From: Paramecium tetraurelia | Taxonomy: Eukaryota | Assembly (NCBI GenBank): GCA_000165425.1 | Contig: CT868035.1 | Span: 186,001-245,749, forward strand | Direction of reading: 5' to 3' | DNA: 59,749 nucleotides | Shown: one piece after another, positions 52,999 through 59,749 of the stretch | How positions within the stretch are numbered: the first letter of the stretch is position 1 | How the letters are laid out: every line of letters begins with the position of its first letter | Notes under the pieces: model-generated | The model's input: only the letters and a program-made list of their open reading frames with translations | Database searches by the model: none | Told to the model about the DNA's origin: nothing | Position numbers and translations under genes: made by a program

Positions 52999-54470
52999 AA
53001 TTAATATTTTAATTTTTTAGGATCTGTATTTAAGTGTTATTATTAATCTGTTATTCTATGTTATGGATTAATTAAGAAGAAAATTTGGAGATTCTTAGAA
53101 GAGAATAGATAGAAAATAATGTGAAAAATAATTTTCTATTATATAAGTTGTTAATGCTAAAACATCAAAAAATCTAAATTATTAACAATTGCTTGATAGA
53201 TGAATTATTGAAGACTCTCCAAAATGTATTAGCATCATAATGATAATTTTAACTGCTGACTTTTGAATTGAAGTCGGAAGAATTTTCTGTTAATGTATTC
53301 CTATCTTTAATTTTGATTTAATAATGAATTGATGAAATTATATTGCTTAAGAAAGGGTTTTATAAACAATGTAAATTATATTGTAACCTAAAATCTAAAG
53401 TTCGGAAATCACTATTAGAAACTAAATTGAATTAACTTAAAGATAATTTTCTTGACTTGGTTTATTGATATATAAAAAGATAACACTTTTAATAAAGTCT
53501 GCAAGACTTAATAACAGGAATTCGGGAAAAGAAAAATCTGAAATAAATATAACAGTAAATATCTTAAAGTTTAAAAGTGCATTAATTTTAATCGTTAGCA
53601 ATGTAATTCCCTCTATACTACTTCAAATATCAGATATTATTGTATTTTAACTTTCACTTAATTTAATACCTTATTTGATTTCAAGAATCAAAATTACTTA
53701 AGATTAGATTTCTAGCGTTGCGTTTATTATATTAGAAGAGAATGAAAGTTTCCTACCTTACATTGATATAAACTCAAAAAACAGCTTATAATAATAAATA
53801 AGTTCTATTATCATTTTAAAAAGAACAATGCAATCTAAAAGGTTATTTAACTTAAAAATATTTTGAAAAAAATATTTAAATTAAGAAAAAAGATTAAAAA
53901 TAACAATTAAACGATAATTTTAAAGACTATCTAAATTTAATTGTATGCACTAAAAATTAACATAATAGAAAAAAAGTAAAAGGGTATTGATATACTCCTA
54001 AAGTATGATAGTGCTTAATAGATGCATTTAAGATTTCTTTGAAATTTTATGGAATAGAAATTTGTCTCTTTTTCTTATTATATACATTTATTCTTACTTA
54101 GCCTAGCTAAATCAGTCATTTAATAAATAAAAAATTAAATATTCACAATATATATATTATGTTAATATTTGATATTACTTCACTGCATCCTTCCAGGTTT
54201 AAGTATTTGTTAATCTAAAATATTCTCTGTATTGAAAATACATTAATTATTGAGAAATAGGGAACTTACTATTTACCAATAATAACATGAGTTAAAGAAG
54301 AAAAATTAAAATCTTAATTGAATCTTGTCCTTTGAGAAAGAGAATCTCAGATCTCCTAAACCATTATTATGAAAAACTTTGAAATATAAACTATATTATC
54401 TAATAATTTATTAAAGTATTAAATAACTTAGACTGATTAAATTATTATTTATTAAGAAAAGAATGGGATT

Positions 54471-57400
54471 TCATCTCACAGAAAATTCTCTAGAATCATC
54501 AGTTTTTCTCCCATGTATATATGTCGAATAATATGCACATTTATTGCTAAAATTATAAATTGATTTACAAGAAAAAGCTTTTATCTAAGTCAATACAAAG
54601 ACCATCTTTTAAATTATTATCATCATAATTGCAAGAACCACTAAATTAAAATATAGACTTACATCAGTTAAGTTTCATCATAAACTTGCAATTTCAATAC
54701 CCACTCACCCTTTCTCTTACCTACTGAATATTCTCCTTCAGATAAAGTGAAGCTAGATAACAGGCAATTCCAACTTAAATCGCTCCATTTTTTATCTTTA
54801 TTTCCAAAATTATCATATGTACCACTAGCGCTTAACTATTTGATTAAAATAATACATAATATCTCCTTGTTCAAATTACATATCCTTCGAAGTTTGCCAC
54901 AACCCTTGCTTAACTCCTGATTTGTACTGTCCAAACTAATATAATTAAAAGAATCTGCCATTTTTAATTTCTATTTTACTCCCAAAAGTTTTAATGAGGT
55001 TCCAGCCATCCTCCATTTTTATTCCCGCAAGTATCATATAATCCCTCTCCGCTATGAAATCAGCAAACTTAATACATAACTGAGAATTCATTTGTTTTAT
55101 GAGCTCTAAATAAAATTTCGGATTTTCCAACCCTACACCCAAAATGATAATTTAATTTCTATATTATTTAGCGAGATCTGACATAATTCTTATAGTTACC
55201 TACAAAATTTTTGATCAATGTCTATCCACTATCCATTTTTAATCCCTTTCTCATAACAACCACCTCCACTATGGTTATTATTGAACTTTACATTTTAATG
55301 AATTCTTGATCAGTGAATTCGCGAAAATTAATGGCCCAATCACCCTATTTTATTCCATTTTAGTATTGCCCTTTTTTTGTAACTTGACAAAAACTTATGT
55401 TATAATGAAGAATACTCTCTAAATTTCTCGTGTAACTCATTCCAATTACCATCTTTTCTTCCTTATGAATTATAATAACCTTCCCCTCTAATGGCAATAA
55501 TAAATATTAATAACATTTAAATAAACTAAGAACCATGAATTTTCCGATATTCAAAAACAGATCTTCCAACTTTTTTCCCGTTTTAAAATTACACTATTTC
55601 TCTAACTTAACAGGAACTTTTAAATAAAATCTAATGTTACTCTGAAAAACTTTCATATAATTCTTTCCATATTCCAGATTTTTAACCATTTTACTCATAA
55701 TCTCCACCTCCTCTAATTTATATAAACAGCCAATTTTACATGATTTCAAAGCCCTTACTTTCACTGTATCTATATTTGGCAATCCATTTTCCGGTTTTTT
55801 TCATATTTTTATAACTACCTTCAAGGATAATTTGAGAATCTCTCAAATTTAATGTAATTATACTCTGCGAAATTTTCAGATAGCTCCTTCCAATCTTCAA
55901 TTTTATCTCCATTATTATCATAGTTTCCTCCTCCACTAATATTCTACTGAACTATACATTTCTTCAATTTTATCCTCTTTATTTAGTCGAAGAATTAATT
56001 TTTTTTTAAATATAATTTTCCAAACTCCAATTTTCTTTCCCTTTTCGTAATTTCCGCTCTAAAAAATATCACAATTCCTTTGATAAATACAAATCAAAAC
56101 TATTGATAATTTTTGCATGGTTCATTCCATTAACCAATTTTTCGCCCTTTTTGATCGTATTAGCCTGATCCTCTAACCTTTGTTCTCGTTTATGAAATGT
56201 GACAAAATTTAGGGAAATCTTTTGAACTTTAAATTACCCATTCATCTATCCTTATTCCATCTTTATATGCCCCTTTATATATCAATTAATTCTATCTAAA
56301 GGTAACTTAATAATTGTTACTCACAGAAATCCTCAATTAAATCTTACCACATCCCCTATTTAATTCCCATGTTATCATAATTACCGCTCCCACTACATTA
56401 ATTCAAAAAAATACATAATTTTATTATTTTTTGTTAAAATTTCCACCCATTTAACAATCCATAATCCTGTTTTTATACCGTTTTAATATTCCCCAATTTC
56501 CAATATCAAAACACCTCTGTTATGGCAGAAAAATAATTTACCCTTATAAAATATCCTTTAGTTGTGTCCATTTGCCATTTTTCAATCCGTTGGTATCGTA
56601 TGATCCTCCTCCTCTAAATGGATTGTTTATTATAAAATACAGCACAGAGTTTTATGAGATTATTTTCCACTCCCCTGTTCTTTTTCCCATATCATAATAA
56701 CCAGAAAACAATATTTATTATTTCCTTTGTTATTCATAATATTTACAAAAAAATGAGTTCTAGCTTCTGATTTATCCATTTATTTTCTGAAAATTAATAG
56801 TCATCATATATATTGTTATTGCTAATTAAATTATATTTTTTGTTACATCTGCTTAAAATATCCATTAGATTCCAAAAAGTAAATATCCAAATCCTAAACT
56901 TATTTACAGTTTTTATATATTATATTCCACTGGAATTCAGAAAAACTGTTTTTATAATCAATAACAATTGTTTGTACCTTAGCTAATCATATTGCTCAAC
57001 CCAAGCGCCTTCCTACCTTCCTTATTAATCATATGATCCACCACCACTAAATTAGATTATATCTAAAATCCCTACATTTTTTTCCACATTTAACTGGACG
57101 ATTTTCTAATCTTTATATCAAATTAGTGGCATTTAATTCCGTTATTATATTCTCCCTCAAAAATAACCTAGTTTGATCTATCAATGTTTAGAGAATTTAT
57201 AAAACCTGCAAAATGTCTTTAATGTTTATATCCATTTTCCATGTTTTTATCCATCATTGTTATAAAGTCCACCTCCACTAAGTCATTTATGGGAATCTAT
57301 ACATTGTTTAAAAGTCTGAGCCAGAGTCATCTCTAAATTTGACAAAGAACTCCCCTTATTTTTTTCCTAGGTAATATTACCCAAAACAAACAACTTAACT

Positions 57401-57960
57401 TCCACTTTAATCAAATATAAATAATTTTTACTCATGGTTTTTTCTAAGTTGTTTAAAATATGGAAATTGATGAGGAAGCATGCTATAATACTAAACTTAT
57501 TTACTTTGGAAAATAAAAGTCATTTAAACTTAAATTGTAGTATAAAACTAAATAGTTATTAAATTCTTCACTATTTAATATAACGCTTAGGAGAATTTCA
57601 ATATATATAATACCATTTAAACACTCTCTCTTTAAATTTCGTAAAAGCAATATTTTCAAGTTCTCCTTAGCTTACTTGTGAGTCTTTTGTTTCAAATAAT
57701 TATTTTCTTAAATGTTTTATCAAATTAATTGAAATTTATGTGATTTATCCTTGCACTATCATTTTAGCTTCTCCATTTTGTTTGAATTTGAGAAAAATTG
57801 TTTAGACTAAACATTTATTATTACAGTATTTGTCAACTTAAATCCTCCAAATTCCAATCGGTTTGCTGCCATTAATTTGTCCTGCCTTAATAATTTTTAT
57901 TTTTTCTACATAGCACAATTGATCTCCATATTGAATGTAAGAGTTTTTATTCTAATTCAT
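54471..57960 (-). CDS. Tandem ~58-aa repeat protein (GGG.YD..G.K.G.W / G.Y..G.K.G.W; MORN/YwqK-like), ~25 introns
   Basis: About 13 units spliced in one frame through phase-2 introns, ending at TGA 54471-54473. Candidate ATG 57960; exons 5' of 57431 are less certain. Confidence 0.8.
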
Positions 57961-58203
57961 TTCTATTTATAAATTTTATGAATAGATTGAATAATTTAAT
58001 ATAGTCTATTCATTTTATATACTTTCTTAGTTTTAGATTGAAACATATGAATACGACTGCCAAATACAATTTTATATAAGCTTATTAATGATCTCTGATT
58101 TCTTTTAGTTTTATTACATTCCTTCATAAAAACTCAAATTGAGATTCATTTGATTAATTAATATAAAAATTATACTAAGCTTTATTTAGATAATTCTATT
58201 ATT

Positions 58204-59326
58204 ATGAAGCTACATATCCATAATATAAATGAAAATTAGAATAACGCAATGAAAGAAGATGATAATCCTGAGATGATAGAAAATAACTTCAGTGAACTAT
58301 CTATAGATGAGAATGCAAAATAACTCAATAAATTCATAAGCAATTATTAATCATTAATTTCCTATAACATAACATAGGAGAAATACATCTGCCATCTCAG
58401 CTAGAAAAAAAGTCTTGTTATTTCATAATATGTTTAGTTGAGCATTCTAAAGATAATAAATTACTCAGCTTCTGTAAAGAAGTTTTTGCAAAAATGAAAG
58501 ATATTAATGAAAAGTTTGATCAATTGAATATTAGCGTAAATCTATTCTAAGAAACTAATGTAGTAATATTTAATATAAATAATTAGTTGGATAAAATTAA
58601 GAATAAAAATGACAGTCTACTTAAATTATTTAGTTAAGCAAAAGATTCATACTCAAAAGAGAAAAAAACAGAGGCTTTCTAAAAATTTACAGAAGTTTTA
58701 ACAATGAATCCAAATTTTATAGATGCTAGAATTTATAGAGGTATTATCAAAATAATGATTTAAAAAGGGTATTTGAGTTTGGATGTTAACAACACATGTT
58801 ATGCATAATTTGACTTTGAAGAAGTATTAAAATAAGACAAATACAATTTAAAAGCTTTAAAAGGAATAAGTAATTGTTCTAGCTAAGCATAGCTAAAGCA
58901 TTTAAGATGTAATGTAACTACGAATTAGGGTTGAAGTATGCATTGAAAGTGATCAAATATGAGCCTAAATCACCAATAGGTAATTTTAATGCAGGTATTT
59001 GAATTGAAATAAAAGCCGACTGTTTGAAATTTTTGGGATAATATAATGAAAATACTCTACTATATATAAATTAAGCCATAGACTAAGAGAAAAGAAGATT
59101 CGAATAAAAATTACAAGTTTATTTTAGAAATAAGGGTAATATGACATGTTATATAGGGGAAATATTATTTGGATTAAACAGAGAGAGTGAGGCAAGGGAA
59201 TTTGTATTGAAAGCACTTGAGTTAAATTAAAATTATGAATTGGCTATAAAAACATTAAGTAAAGAATTTATAAGCCTTTATATAGAGAGATTTGATGAGA
59301 TTTCAAAAAGGAGATTCAACTAATGA
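58204..59326 (+). CDS. TPR-repeat protein
   Basis: TPR-like helices (EAFQKFTEVLTMNPNFIDARIYRG; EAREFVLKALELNQNYELA). Phase-1 introns flank 102-nt exons 58768-58869 and 58893-58994; TGA 59324-59326. Confidence 0.8.
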
Positions 59327-59749
59327 TTTTTAAAATAAAAATAGAAACCTTTTTAAATCATTTGATATCCTATTATATTATTTTTCTTAAAATAATAATT
59401 AAATAAAGACAGTATATATGTAGTAATAATTTCCAAATCTCTCATGTTTAAATAATCATTATTAACCAATTACTAAAGTTAGATTGGAAAAGTAGGTACT
59501 TTAAAAAGATAGATTCCTTTGTGATTTATGCAATGAGCAAATATAAAATGAATAAATTTTGGAAATTTCATCAGTTTAATAAATGATCAATGATTTTCAG
59601 AAAAAATAAAAGGATTCATCCGAACACTTTCTACTGTTTATATTATTAAAATTTATAAAATTGATAATTATATATTCAACATAGATATCCTCTCTCATTT
59701 TACAATAAATACACTTACAACAATACTATTGACAGTTGTAAAGATTCAT

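Larger units (their letters stand above)
1..59749. other. Ciliate (Paramecium-like) macronuclear DNA; translation table 6; tiny introns
   Basis: Conserved proteins (ValRS, kinesin, IP3R, CSN5) read through TAA/TAG at Gln positions (e.g. kinesin P-loop AYG-TAA-TGSGKT) and end only at TGA. Dozens of 20-32 nt GT..TAG/CAG/AAG introns are present, and intergenic spacers are often under 50 bp. Confidence 0.95.

Noticed and set aside
3097..55936. Short ORFs in the supplied six-frame track as independent genes or as evidence of pseudogenes
   Set aside because: They were computed with TAA/TAG as stops. Most are fragments of longer code-6 genes or antisense shadows (e.g. 5612-6151, 13320-13814, 18114-18443, 19229-19639).
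54471..57431. CRISPR-like or DNA tandem array (~220-bp period)
   Set aside because: There are no identical direct repeats; the periodicity comes from protein repeats plus introns.
1..59749. IESs, transposons, telomeric repeats, rRNA and tRNA genes
   Set aside because: Conserved genes are interrupted only by GT-AG introns. No transposase or RT motifs, no C3-4A2-3 telomeric tracts and no structured RNA were recognised by eye.

Overview
This is eukaryotic, very AT-rich ciliate macronuclear-type DNA, almost certainly Paramecium. Genes read only with the ciliate nuclear code (TAA/TAG = Gln, TGA the sole stop), carry many tiny 20-32 nt GT..AG introns, and are densely packed, so the supplied standard-code ORF track shows only fragments and shadow ORFs. 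About 30 genes can be rebuilt by hand. Recognisable ones are an importin-alpha-like protein, valyl-tRNA synthetase, an FLVCR-like MFS transporter, kinesin-14, a CDK11 (PITSLRE) kinase, a 7TM receptor fused to a degenerate PIP-kinase domain, two large surface/secreted proteins, a WD40 protein, a folate-receptor-family protein, CSN5, a CFAP97/Hemingway-domain protein, two different mitochondrial acyl carrier proteins, mitoribosomal bL35m, an IP3R/RyR-type Ca2+-release channel, a bacterial-type homospermidine synthase, a hormone-sensitive-lipase-family enzyme, a ~58-aa-repeat protein and a TPR protein. Highlights: (1) a repeat gene built from strictly alternating 72-nt and 102-nt phase-2 exons; (2) a GPCR-PIPK fusion whose kinase catalytic motifs are all degenerate; (3) a Ca2+-release channel lacking the pore aspartate and several IP3-contact residues; (4) a horizontally acquired HSS with a possible mitochondrial presequence; (5) an ATGA stop/start overlap between bL35m and an ACP. 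No rRNA, tRNA, CRISPR array or transposon was recognised. All models are manual and no database search was run.
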